In this document: positions 1 through 8,666 of the stretch, piece by piece
Layout: every line of letters starts with the position of its first letter
Numbering within the stretch: position 1 is the first letter of the stretch
The notes under the pieces: generated by a model
The model's database searches: none
Told to the model about the DNA's origin: nothing
The model's input: the letters and a program-made list of their open reading frames with translations, nothing else
Position numbers and translations under genes: made by a program
NCBI GenBank assembly: GCA_964459995.1
Contig: CAYWOR010000006.1
Location: 12,005-76,004 of the forward strand
Length of the DNA: 64,000 nucleotides
Direction of reading: 5' to 3'
DNA from: an uncultured bacterium
Lineage (GTDB): Bacteria > UBP14 > UBA6098

Positions 1-755
1 CCTGAATCCGGTTCCGTGATAACCTTCTCGATTTGATCTGCGAGAGCTTTCGCCTCGTTTTTCATCTCGCAGTTATCGGCGGCACAGCAATATCTTCGGT
101 AATGAAGATAAGCCTGCGGTCTTTTATCGAGATGATAATATGATTTTCCAAGCCAGTAATCTATTTCACATTCGGCGGAATCTTTGTGGACTTTGGAAAA
201 GTTCTGTATCGCCTGCTCATAGAAGCCGTCCGCGCAGTCAAGAAGGCCGAGGCCGTAGTATCCCCCCCAATAATCTGGAAATTTCGTCGCACGAAGGAAC
301 TCGTCGCGCGCTTCGGACAATCGTCCCTCCTGAAAAGCTCGCATTCCAAGCCGAAAACGAAGAACCGCGTAATGGGGATTGTCTTCGGGACAGCGACCGT
401 AATACTCCATAGCTTTATCATGGTCGCCATCCTGCCAATATATATCGCCTATCCAGCCGTAAATCTGCGTTTCGGAAGGATCGAGAGCGAGGGCTTTGCG
501 GAAAAACATCTCGGCGCGGTAACTGTCGCCTTTGGAAAGATAGACTCGGCCAAGCATGGCGTAGGGCGGCGCATATTCGGGGTCTGCGGCGTTGGCTTTG
601 CGAAATTCGATTGCCGCGAGGTCGATTTGTCCGGAGTTGAAAAGGGTCATCCCTTGACGGTAAATCCCCGCCGCGGGACTCCCGGAAGGAGTATGCGCAC
701 AGGACATCAACGCTAGTGCGACAATAATGAATGTGTATATGAAGACTTTTTTCAC
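1..755 (-). CDS. TPR-repeat lipoprotein, C-terminal end cut by the window edge (absent from the supplied ORF track)
   Basis: I translated the minus strand from the GTG at 755-753: VKKVFIYTFIIVALALMSCAHTPSG (signal peptide with lipobox-like LMSC). TPR-like units follow (AIEFRKANAADPEYAPPYAMLGRVYLSKGDSYRAEMFFRKALALDP..., GDHDKAMEYYGRCPEDNPHY..., YYGLGLLDCADGFYEQAIQNFSKV...). The frame stays open to base 1. The + ORF 186..716 is its antisense shadow. Confidence 0.65.
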   Translation of the reverse strand, partial: MKKVFIYTFIIVALALMSCAHTPSGSPAAGIYRQGMTLFNSGQIDLAAIEFRKANAADPEYAPPYAMLGRVYLSKGDSYRAEMFFRKALALDPSETQIYGWIGDIYWQDGDHDKAMEYYGRCPEDNPHYAVLRFRLGMRAFQEGRLSEARDEFLRATKFPDYWGGYYGLGLLDCADGFYEQAIQNFSKVHKDSAECEIDYWLGKSYYHLDKRPQAYLHYRRYCCAADNCEMKNEAKALADQIEKVITEPDS

Positions 756-847
756 GTCGCTTCGTTACGGGTTCTAATCGGATAATTATAAGAATCAAAC
801 CCCGTAAAATCAACGAATTTGTCTATCGGCGCGAATAAAATGGGCAA

Positions 848-2779
848 CTATTTTAGATACACAATCCGTTTCGAGACCGCACTGAAACCACTCGTAGAAT
901 TAGAACCTTCGATACGTGCTCGCACGAGATAAACACCAGAGGCGATCGTTTCTGCGGGTTGCCAAACAAATTCGTTCCCTGCAGGAATAGTGCTGTCATT
1001 ACCCAAACGACTCACCCCGCCCACGAGGTTGGTTTCTATCAACCGCCCCGTGAGGTCGTAAATCTCGATATGTAAGGGCGATTCGCATTCTCCCGCGCCG
1101 TCGATTGCGAACTTAACCGCAGAATTGAATGGATTCGGATAGGTCGAAATAGCCAACGATACAGGCCGTGCGATTTCACTTTCGACATATGTTGCTTGAT
1201 TATAGGTTATTGCGCCCATATCCGCACGTGTGCCGTCTGGATCGGAATCGGAGGCCGGATCGCCGGTGTCGATAGAGGGCGATTTTGAGGCATCAGCGAT
1301 TGGAAAATTTGCCCATCCAAGCCGGAAATTGCCAGAGGAGGCATCGATAAAAAGTGGATCTGTGTCGATACAACCAGTGCCGAACCAGCTTTCGCCAGTG
1401 CCGCCATGAATATTGGAATACCTCGCAACAATCGCCGTCGCTCCCGAACCAGAAAATGCCGGCAAACTGCATTGGCGGAGAATATTGTTGAATGCATCGA
1501 CGCTCGAAGCAGGTTGGTCGAGATAGATATACATCGAGCCACCTTCGTCAGCACTGTCGGCGTAAGATGTGTTATTGAAAATGTTTAAATCACCGTAGGT
1601 TGTAGCGAAAGAAAAAGCTCCGCCGACTCCGCCCGCGAGGTTGCGTCTGCTTATATTACGCGAGAAATTCGCGACACCGTCCTCCGTAGCGAAAGAAATC
1701 GCGCCTCCGTTCATAGTTGCGTAATTGCGGTAGAATAGGTTGCTGTCGGCGCTGAAAGTGCCATGAGAGAGCCATATCATGGCCGCGCCGCCGTTATCCC
1801 AAGTGTAGTCAGATTCGTGGAAGTTCCCACGATAATTAATAGCACCATCTTCGAGATGAATCTGGACGCCACCCCCGCCGACTTCCGCAAAATTATTGTG
1901 AAAATGGTTTCGTGTTATGTTAATCGTCGCGCTCACATTTGCACGGACAAAGCAAGCTCCGCCATCGAGTTCTGCATAATTTTGGGAGAAATAATTACTA
2001 TCGACCGTAATTAATGTCCCATCACCGAGAGAATATGTAAAAGCGCCGCCGCCGCCGTCTTCGGAGTAATTTCGGATATAAGAGCATCCACGGATAGTAA
2101 TCGAACCGCCGCCTTCTGTGTAAAGCATATGCGCACCACCGTCGTCGCCGTATATCGTCTCATTGCCAAAAGCGGTATTATCCTCAAATACTGTGTTTAC
2201 AAGAGTTACATCACCATAAGATGACGCCGCGTTAAGCCCGCCGGAACCAGCTGATTTATTACGGAGAAACACACATTCCGAGACGGTAATATGACCGTCG
2301 TTTGACACAAGGCATGCTCCGCCGCCAAGGATGAAGGATGAATCATCTATCATTTCGCAATGGGTTAAGGTTATCGCCGCAGAGCTTGTCTCGACGAGTA
2401 ATCCTCCGCCGTTTCCATCTGTTACGCCGTTTCGGAATGTCATCGCCCTTATCTCAACATTTCCGACAGCGCTTGTCGTCTCCAAAGATAGAATTCTGCG
2501 TGCACGACCGCCGTCGAGGATTGTCAAATCCGCACCTGCGCCGATTATTGTCAGGGAGTATGGCTCGGAAGACCAATAGGAAAGCGTCGCGTCGATATTA
2601 TATACCCCCGCCGCAACATTGATTACATCGTTCTCGCTATTATCCGCTGAAGTAATGAGGGCGTTTCTGAATTGAACGACATTAGAGACATTGAATACTT
2701 CTCCAAAGATCGAAGATACGATGAAAATTAGTGCGAAAAGCACAAACACAAGAACCGGAATGGGCTGAGAGGGTTTCAT
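848..2779 (-). CDS. Secreted parallel beta-helix (Pmp-like repeat) protein with T9SS C-terminal sorting domain
   Basis: Hydrophobic N-terminal signal (VLVFVLFALIFIVSSIFG). About 11 tandem ~27-aa units with GG[AG] ... F/Y-x-x-N (GGGACLVSNDGHITVSECVFLRNKS, MNGGAISFATEDGVANFSRNISRRNLA, GVGGAFSFATTYGDLNIFNNTSYADSA). C-terminus is YPNPFNSAVKFAIDGAGECESPLHIEIYDLTGRLIE...SGVYLVRARI...RIVYLK. Confidence 0.8.
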   Translation of the reverse strand: MKPSQPIPVLVFVLFALIFIVSSIFGEVFNVSNVVQFRNALITSADNSENDVINVAAGVYNIDATLSYWSSEPYSLTIIGAGADLTILDGGRARRILSLETTSAVGNVEIRAMTFRNGVTDGNGGGLLVETSSAAITLTHCEMIDDSSFILGGGACLVSNDGHITVSECVFLRNKSAGSGGLNAASSYGDVTLVNTVFEDNTAFGNETIYGDDGGAHMLYTEGGGSITIRGCSYIRNYSEDGGGGAFTYSLGDGTLITVDSNYFSQNYAELDGGACFVRANVSATINITRNHFHNNFAEVGGGGVQIHLEDGAINYRGNFHESDYTWDNGGAAMIWLSHGTFSADSNLFYRNYATMNGGAISFATEDGVANFSRNISRRNLAGGVGGAFSFATTYGDLNIFNNTSYADSADEGGSMYIYLDQPASSVDAFNNILRQCSLPAFSGSGATAIVARYSNIHGGTGESWFGTGCIDTDPLFIDASSGNFRLGWANFPIADASKSPSIDTGDPASDSDPDGTRADMGAITYNQATYVESEIARPVSLAISTYPNPFNSAVKFAIDGAGECESPLHIEIYDLTGRLIETNLVGGVSRLGNDSTIPAGNEFVWQPAETIASGVYLVRARIEGSNSTSGFSAVSKRIVYLK

Positions 2780-2821
2780 ATTTTTCCTTTGCGGGTTTTA
2801 ACTGCACATGCAAATCGATTA

Positions 2822-2830
2822 ATTATAACA
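2822..2830 (-). promoter_or_regulatory. Extended -10 element (TGTTATAAT) about 40 nt upstream of the beta-helix gene
   Basis: The minus strand reads ttTGtTATAAT at 2830-2822. An AAGGA Shine-Dalgarno sequence precedes the ATG at 2779. There is no good -35 element. Confidence 0.3.
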
Positions 2831-2883
2831 AAATCAAACTAAATACAAAAGGGGAAAATACTGCTGAGTATATAATTGATTCG

Positions 2884-3762
2884 CTATTCGTCCGCCGCGC
2901 GGTGGCCGGTGCCGACGATGCGGTATGTGGTATAGGCAAGATCAACTTTCTCGCTGTTGTTGAAGGCGTCGAGAATGTCTTTTGTAACTCGAGATTCCAT
3001 CGCACGTCGCGAACGCACCGGCACCAAAAATCGCGCTGTAAGCTCCACACCAAAATCTATGATTCTCGTGTAAACAATTGGGGTAAGCGTTCCGAGCTTT
3101 ATCAAATATTTCTCGCGCGCGAGGCGCATCTCTTTGGCGGCGAGTTCAGGCACTTCGCCCGAATTTTTGTCGAGGATTTCTTCAACAAGCCGAATGGCTT
3201 CGCGCCAATCGCTCTCGTAGGTGATATTCGCACGGACTTCTGTCCAAATGTAGCGGAAACCGGATGAATAATTGTAAATCTGCTTTGCGAAAAGCCAGTT
3301 ATGGGGTATCGACGCCAAGCGACCTGTGGATTGCTCGCCTCCAACCCAGCCCTCGATTTCAAGCACTGTTGTCGTAAAAACACTGATATCGACGACATCG
3401 CCTTTTAGATCGTCGATTTGAATTCTATCGCCGAGAATATAGGGTCGCGAAACTGTCAAGAAAAGCCATCCGGCAATGGAAGTGAGCGGGTCTTTGAGCG
3501 CAAGAGCCACTCCAGCGCCGATAATCCCCAAAAATGTGGACAACCCGGAGATAAACTCCATCCAGATACTCGCGATGAAAACACCGCCGAGCAAGGTCAT
3601 GCCGTAGATAAGCCGTTTGCGAGACGCATACAAAGCCGCCGGATTTCGCACCCATTTCTCGAGAAGTTTGAAAATAAGCCGCGAGAGGGCATAAAAAATG
3701 ATGATCACAAGCCCACTGGCAATTATTTTTTCCGGTATCGAATGTGATGCGAAGTCTAGCAT
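2884..3762 (-). CDS. Mechanosensitive ion channel, MscS family
   Basis: TM helices followed by GDRIQIDDLKGDVVDISVFTTTVLEIEGW, an MscS beta-domain signature. The track start is GTG 3789. I prefer ATG 3762 (MLDFASH...) because a TTGACT-17-TATTTT promoter ends 9 nt upstream of it. Confidence 0.85.
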   Translation of the reverse strand: MLDFASHSIPEKIIASGLVIIIFYALSRLIFKLLEKWVRNPAALYASRKRLIYGMTLLGGVFIASIWMEFISGLSTFLGIIGAGVALALKDPLTSIAGWLFLTVSRPYILGDRIQIDDLKGDVVDISVFTTTVLEIEGWVGGEQSTGRLASIPHNWLFAKQIYNYSSGFRYIWTEVRANITYESDWREAIRLVEEILDKNSGEVPELAAKEMRLAREKYLIKLGTLTPIVYTRIIDFGVELTARFLVPVRSRRAMESRVTKDILDAFNNSEKVDLAYTTYRIVGTGHRAADE

Positions 3763-3771
3763 ATTATTATA

Positions 3772-3800
3772 AAAATAGCTTTTTAACACTCTTCAGTCAA
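3772..3800 (-). promoter_or_regulatory. Sigma70-like promoter TTGACT-17 nt-TATTTT, 9 nt before the mscS-family ATG
   Basis: On the minus strand, TTGACT lies at 3800-3795, a 17-nt spacer at 3794-3778, and TATTTT at 3777-3772. Nine nt then lead to ATG 3762. No Shine-Dalgarno sequence. Confidence 0.35.
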
Positions 3801-3954
3801 GCTTTAGCTTTTGTCGTTTCAAATCTCACTTGGGAATATCTCTGAAAGCCGAAATTCAAATCAATGACCACAAATTTATAACAGGTTTCTTTCTCAAAAC
3901 GGTAAGAACGATAACTGGCGATTTAAAAAAAATTGTCCTAAATGTCGATTCAAA

Positions 3955-4024
3955 TGTATTCGAATAGAATACAAAAGAATACATTAGAATACATTTGCAT
4001 GCAAATAGAATACAATCGAATACA
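3955..4024. repeat. Phased heptamer array: 5 direct GAATACA, 1 inverted copy and a 14-bp palindrome
   Basis: GAATACA occurs at 3967, 3977, 3987, 4008 and 4018. TGTATTC is at 3955-3961. The palindrome TATTCGAATA is at 3957-3966 and ATTTGCATGCAAAT at 3993-4006. Confidence 0.7.
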
Positions 4025-4118
4025 AAAATCGCCAATCTCATATCCAAAAACACTTCTCGTGTTCCATTGCCCGGAGTCGAAAAACGGGAAGGTAATTAGC
4101 TTCTTGTGAAGTATTAGT

Positions 4119-4147
4119 TTGACAAGACGGTTTCCATTCGATACTTT
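4119..4147 (+). promoter_or_regulatory. Sigma70-like promoter TTGACA-17 nt-TACTTT, 7 nt before the ImmA/IrrE-like ATG
   Basis: TTGACA at 4119-4124, spacer at 4125-4141, TACTTT at 4142-4147, then aaatgcc and ATG 4155. No Shine-Dalgarno sequence. Confidence 0.35.
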
Positions 4148-4154
4148 AAATGCC

Positions 4155-4619
4155 ATGAGAGCACAGGATTACGCACGGTCGCTGTTCAAGCATTTCGATA
4201 CGGAGAAAATTCCGGTCGATGTGCTCGAATTGGTCGCAAAGCTCGGAATCGAGTTTCGCGAGGAAGAGCTTATCGGAATCGACGGCATCGCGTTTAAGGG
4301 CGAAAAGACAAGGCTAATTATCGTAAATCGGACACTCTCTCCGGAACGGCGAAGATTCGTTATCGCGCACGAACTTGCTCATATTGTAATGCCGCATAAA
4401 ACAGCATATCAGATATGCGGCGGAGAAACCGGAAATCGCAGAATGGAATCCGATGCCGACAGATTCGCCGCAGAGCTTATTATGCCGGAAGAAACTGTGC
4501 GAAAACAATGGCTATTATATCGCGATAATAAAGAATACCGCATCGAGGTGATGGCTGATCGTTTCGGCGTTTCGCGCACAGCGATGTCGATTCGAATAAG
4601 ACAACTCGGGCAAAAATAA
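4155..4619 (+). CDS. ImmA/IrrE-family (DUF955) zinc metallopeptidase
   Basis: HEXXH motif in FVIAHELAHIVMPH, then ESDADRFAAELIMPEE. The track start is TTG 4119, which coincides with the -35 box, so ATG 4155 (MRAQDYARSLF...) is preferred. Confidence 0.8.
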   Translation: MRAQDYARSLFKHFDTEKIPVDVLELVAKLGIEFREEELIGIDGIAFKGEKTRLIIVNRTLSPERRRFVIAHELAHIVMPHKTAYQICGGETGNRRMESDADRFAAELIMPEETVRKQWLLYRDNKEYRIEVMADRFGVSRTAMSIRIRQLGQK

Positions 4620-4630
4620 CAGGAGAAAAA

Positions 4631-5917
4631 ATGGGTCTCGATATGTTTGTAATCGATGGCGGCAAACCGCTCAACGGCACAGTCGCAGTTAAAGGCGCAA
4701 AAAACGCGGTTCTTCCGATGCTTTGCGCGGCTCTCATCCCGGAAGAGGGCGAGGTTGTCCTCCGCAATGTCCCTAATTTGGCGGATATCCGTATAATGAT
4801 ACAGCTTATGGAATATCTCGGCGCAAAGGTCGATTTCGATGTCGAGGAATCCACAATCCGCATCGACCCAACAAATGTCGAGAACAGGCCAGCGCCCTAC
4901 GACCTTGTTCGCAAAATGCGCGCAAGTTTCATGATTATGGGCGCGATGCTGGCGCGTTTCGGGAGCACGAAGGTCTCCCAGCCCGGCGGTTGCGCGATTG
5001 GCGCGAGGCCGATAAATTGGCATATCACGAATTTCCATCGAATGGGCGCGGAAATCGCCGAATCACACGGCTATATCTCCGCGGACTGCCACGGTAAACC
5101 AAAAGGACGCGTGCTTTATTTCGACCGCCCGAGCCACACAGGCACAGAGAATATAATGATGGCCGCAACTCTCGCCGAGGGAACAACTACAATAATCAAC
5201 GCCGCAACCGACCCCGAGGTAAGCGATTTCGCGAGGTTTCTCACCGCGATGGGCGCACGGATTAAGGGGGCCGGCGGTCCGGTTATCACTATCGAGGGTG
5301 TCGAACGGCTTCGCGGTGCGGATCATATCCCCATAGGCGATAGGCTCGAGGCTGGCACATATCTCTTCGCGGGGCTTGTCGCGGGGGGCGATGTCAAAGT
5401 TACGGGTGTCGATCCGGAGCATCTTTCGGTCGTCCTGCTGAAGATGGCCGAAATGGGCGCGGAAATCGACACTTCTCCCGGAGAGATTCGCGTTGAAATG
5501 CACGGCAGGCCGAAGGCAGTCGATTTCACGACGGCTGTTTTTCCAGGCTATCCTACCGATCTTCAGCCCTGCTCCATGGTTGCGTTAACAATCGCCGAGG
5601 GGACAGGCTTCATCCGCGAGACAATTTTCGAAAACCGCTTTCTGCATGTGATGGAGTTAATTCGATTGGGTGCGAAGATTGTAATCAACGGCGACCGCGC
5701 GACTGTAACAGGCGCTCCGTATCTCGATGGCGCGGAGGTTATGGCCAGCGATATTCGCGCGGGTGCGGCAATGGTGCTCGCAGGATTAGCCGCACGTGGA
5801 AGGACGGAAATTCTCCGAGTTTATCACATAGACAGGGGATACGAGAATTTCGAGGAGAAGCTAAGTTCTCTTGGTGCAAATATTACGCGAGTCGATCAAT
5901 ACAGCTGGAATCACTAA
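4631..5917 (+). CDS. murA: UDP-N-acetylglucosamine 1-carboxyvinyltransferase
   Basis: FVIDGGKPLNGTVAVKGAKNAVLPMLCAALI at the N-terminus, QPGGCAIGARPINWH (catalytic Cys loop), and YHIDRGYENFEEKLSSLGANI at the C-terminus. The length of 428 aa is typical. Confidence 0.95.
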   Translation: MGLDMFVIDGGKPLNGTVAVKGAKNAVLPMLCAALIPEEGEVVLRNVPNLADIRIMIQLMEYLGAKVDFDVEESTIRIDPTNVENRPAPYDLVRKMRASFMIMGAMLARFGSTKVSQPGGCAIGARPINWHITNFHRMGAEIAESHGYISADCHGKPKGRVLYFDRPSHTGTENIMMAATLAEGTTTIINAATDPEVSDFARFLTAMGARIKGAGGPVITIEGVERLRGADHIPIGDRLEAGTYLFAGLVAGGDVKVTGVDPEHLSVVLLKMAEMGAEIDTSPGEIRVEMHGRPKAVDFTTAVFPGYPTDLQPCSMVALTIAEGTGFIRETIFENRFLHVMELIRLGAKIVINGDRATVTGAPYLDGAEVMASDIRAGAAMVLAGLAARGRTEILRVYHIDRGYENFEEKLSSLGANITRVDQYSWNH

Positions 5918-5923
5918 GTTTAT

Positions 5924-7360
5924 TTATCTATCGAGCGGTGATTGCACAATAAAACTTTTCCAAACGGTCATATGTTCGAGAGCGAATTCGGGGCCTTCTC
6001 TGCCTATTCCCGACAGCTTATTGCCGCCATATGGGATTAAATCGGCGCGCCAAGTGGGAATATCGTTGATTATAACACCGCCGACATCGATTTTATCAAA
6101 GGCCGCCTTCGCCAAATGGATATTCGATGTGAATATCCCCGCCTGAAGCCCATAAACAGAGCGGTCTATTGCCGAAAATGCCTCTTCTGGACTATCCACC
6201 GGCTCGATAACCAAAACCGGCCCAAAAGCTTCAGATGCAACAATATTGGCATTCGAGGGGACTTCAGTTAAGACGGTGGGTTCGTAGATAGAACCATTAC
6301 GCGTGCCGCCGATAAGGATTTTTGCGCCACTCTCAACCGCTAAATTCACCCAAGATTCGATTCTTTCAGCCTCTGCAACAGTAATCATCGGGCCTACGTC
6401 GGTAAGTTCATCCATAGGGTCCCCAACCTTCAAGGCGCGAACATTCGATATCAAAAGCTTCTTGAATTCGTCGAAAACCTCTCGGTGAATATACGCCCTT
6501 TGCGTTGATATGCAAACCTGCCCCGCAAGGGCATACGCGCCCAATGTGATTCTGGCGGCGGCTGTCATGATATCGGCGTCGGAATCGACATAAACAGCCG
6601 AGTTCGAGCCAAGCTCGAAAGCGAAGTGCTTCATTCCGGCGATTTTGGCAAGCCGCTGGCCGACAGAAGGGCTTCCCGTAAAGGTTACAACCTTGATGAT
6701 ATCGCTCGAAGCAATCGGTTCAGCGACACTTCCGCCCGGGCCGATAAGAACACTGACCGCCGGTTTAGGCACACCGGCATCCAATAGAAGATCCCCCAGC
6801 ATGAGACCGGTTATAGGCGTCCAGCTGGCGGGTTTTAGGATTACCGAATTTCCCGCCGCGATTGCAGGGCCGACTTTGTGAACCGCGAGGTTGAGCGGAA
6901 AATTGAAGGGGGTTATTGCGAGAACCGGTCCCGTTGGGAATCTTTTGCAGAAGCCCCATTTGCCCTCGGATGCCGGCGCGGTCTCGATAGGCAGGACTTT
7001 GCCGCCCATATGCTCCTCGGCGGCTATAGCCGACAGACGTATAGTTTCGCATGAGCGAGACACCTCGCCTCTCGCTTCACGTATTGTTTTGCCGGATTCA
7101 ATCGAGATTGTTCTCGCAAAATCCTCTTTGCGCTCTTCGAGAAGTTTTTCGGCTTTGTTGAGCCATCCTACGCGCATTCGAATCGTCGATTCTTTAAGAA
7201 TCTCGAATCCGAGCTTAGCTGATTTCAGTGCGTCGTCGATCTCTTTCTCTTCCGCAACACAAATATCGGCTATCTTATTGCCGTCGTAAGGATTAAATAT
7301 TGCGAAAGTTTTGCCGGTTTCCCTTTTTTCGCCGCCAATAATAATCGGATATACTGTCAT
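5924..7360 (-). CDS. NAD(P)+-dependent aldehyde dehydrogenase family protein
   Basis: ALDH pattern: FNFPLNL, KPASWTP, FTGSPSVG, the FELGSNS Glu motif and the GQVCIS catalytic Cys. 478 aa. Confidence 0.9.
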   Translation of the reverse strand: MTVYPIIIGGEKRETGKTFAIFNPYDGNKIADICVAEEKEIDDALKSAKLGFEILKESTIRMRVGWLNKAEKLLEERKEDFARTISIESGKTIREARGEVSRSCETIRLSAIAAEEHMGGKVLPIETAPASEGKWGFCKRFPTGPVLAITPFNFPLNLAVHKVGPAIAAGNSVILKPASWTPITGLMLGDLLLDAGVPKPAVSVLIGPGGSVAEPIASSDIIKVVTFTGSPSVGQRLAKIAGMKHFAFELGSNSAVYVDSDADIMTAAARITLGAYALAGQVCISTQRAYIHREVFDEFKKLLISNVRALKVGDPMDELTDVGPMITVAEAERIESWVNLAVESGAKILIGGTRNGSIYEPTVLTEVPSNANIVASEAFGPVLVIEPVDSPEEAFSAIDRSVYGLQAGIFTSNIHLAKAAFDKIDVGGVIINDIPTWRADLIPYGGNKLSGIGREGPEFALEHMTVWKSFIVQSPLDR

Positions 7361-7361
7361 C

Positions 7362-8657
7362 TTATTCCATTTCGTTAAAAACTATCTCGCCATCGACTAT
7401 TGTCATCACTGCTTTTCCGGTAAGTTTCCATCCGTCGTAGGCGGTGTTTTTCGAGATGCTGGCGAATTTCGACTTATCGACCATCCATTCGAGTTTCGGG
7501 TCGAAGATAGTAACATCTGCAAATGCGCCCTGCGAAAGCGTCCCAGCAGGAAGATCGAAAATTTGCGCTGGGTTTGTGCTCATAAGCTCGATCATACGCG
7601 AGATTTCGATTAGCCCCTCTTTAACAAAGAATGTATGAATCAGTGCCGCAGAGGTTTCGAGGCCGATAATCCCAAAGGGTGCGGTGATGAAATCGCGGTC
7701 TTTTTCGTGTGTTGGATGCGGGGCGTGGTCGCTTGCGATGGCGTCGATTGTGCCGTCGATAAGCGCTTCACGGAGTATTGCGACATCCTCGGCGCTCCTA
7801 AGCGGCGGATTTACCTTGAAAAGCGCGTCGAAACCTGATTTGGGAATTTCAGCATCGGTAAGGAGCAGGTGGTGCGGTGTGGCTTCGGCTGTGATTTTCG
7901 CGCCACGCGTCTTCGCATCGCGGATTATCTGCACACTCTCGCGCGCACTGACATGACAAAAATGCACCGACGCACCGATATATTCCGCTATCATTATGTC
8001 GCGCGCAATCATAGCCGTTTCGGCGATTCCCGGAGATGACGGCATTCCGCATTTGCCGCTGACCTCACCCTCGTACATGCTTCCGTTATTGGCCAAACCG
8101 AGGTCTTCGCAATGAAGGGCGAGTTTCGCGCCAAGCATCGAAGAATAGGTCAATGCGTTACGTAGTAGCTGAGAGTTTTCGACCGGCCTGCCGTCGTCGG
8201 AGAAGGCTACGGCACCGGCCAACGCTAAATCGCCCATCTCGGAAAGCTCTTTGCCTTCGAGGTTTTTGCTGATTGCGGCAATCGGATAGACCCTGCAAGG
8301 TGCGTAGCTTGCGCGATCAAAGATAAACCGAACATCCGAGGCTGTGTCCACCGGCGGATGTGTGTTCGGCATACAGCAGACAGAAGTAAACCCACCCCTA
8401 ACAGCGGCTTCCGCGCCGGTTTCGATAGTTTCCGCATCCTCGCCGCCCGGTTCCCGAAAATGGACATGTATATCCACAAGACCCGGAAAGACATATTTGC
8501 CTGTGGCGTCGATTTCCACGTAGCCTTCGTAGTTTTTGCGGCCACCAATTTTCTCGATAATGTCATCGATTATAAAGACATCGGCGATTTTGTCGATGCC
8601 ATTAGCTGGGTCGATGACACGTCCGTTTTTGATTACAATACCCTTTTTTTCTTCCAT
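7362..8657 (-). CDS. pyrC: Dihydroorotase
   Basis: LIKNGRVIDP-like N-terminus (VIKNGRVIDP), DIHVHFREPG (HxH), HCEDL, FCHVSA, SDHAPH. The track start is GTG 8666. ATG 8657 is preceded by AGGTGG. Confidence 0.9.
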   Translation of the reverse strand: MEEKKGIVIKNGRVIDPANGIDKIADVFIIDDIIEKIGGRKNYEGYVEIDATGKYVFPGLVDIHVHFREPGGEDAETIETGAEAAVRGGFTSVCCMPNTHPPVDTASDVRFIFDRASYAPCRVYPIAAISKNLEGKELSEMGDLALAGAVAFSDDGRPVENSQLLRNALTYSSMLGAKLALHCEDLGLANNGSMYEGEVSGKCGMPSSPGIAETAMIARDIMIAEYIGASVHFCHVSARESVQIIRDAKTRGAKITAEATPHHLLLTDAEIPKSGFDALFKVNPPLRSAEDVAILREALIDGTIDAIASDHAPHPTHEKDRDFITAPFGIIGLETSAALIHTFFVKEGLIEISRMIELMSTNPAQIFDLPAGTLSQGAFADVTIFDPKLEWMVDKSKFASISKNTAYDGWKLTGKAVMTIVDGEIVFNEME

Positions 8658-8666
8658 ATCGACCAC

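Noticed and set aside
186-716. A 176-aa plus-strand ORF at the window start, plus the minus-strand ORFs 161-430 and 418-813
   Set aside because: The minus-strand frame starting at GTG 755 gives a clean signal peptide and TPR repeats and runs off the window. The listed ORFs are shadows or out-of-frame pieces of it.
4119-4154. The TTG start at 4119 for the ImmA/IrrE-like gene, as in the ORF track
   Set aside because: The TTG is the first half of a TTGACA -35 box. The added 12 residues (MTRRFPFDTLNA) are not part of the DUF955 domain, so the ATG at 4155 is preferred.
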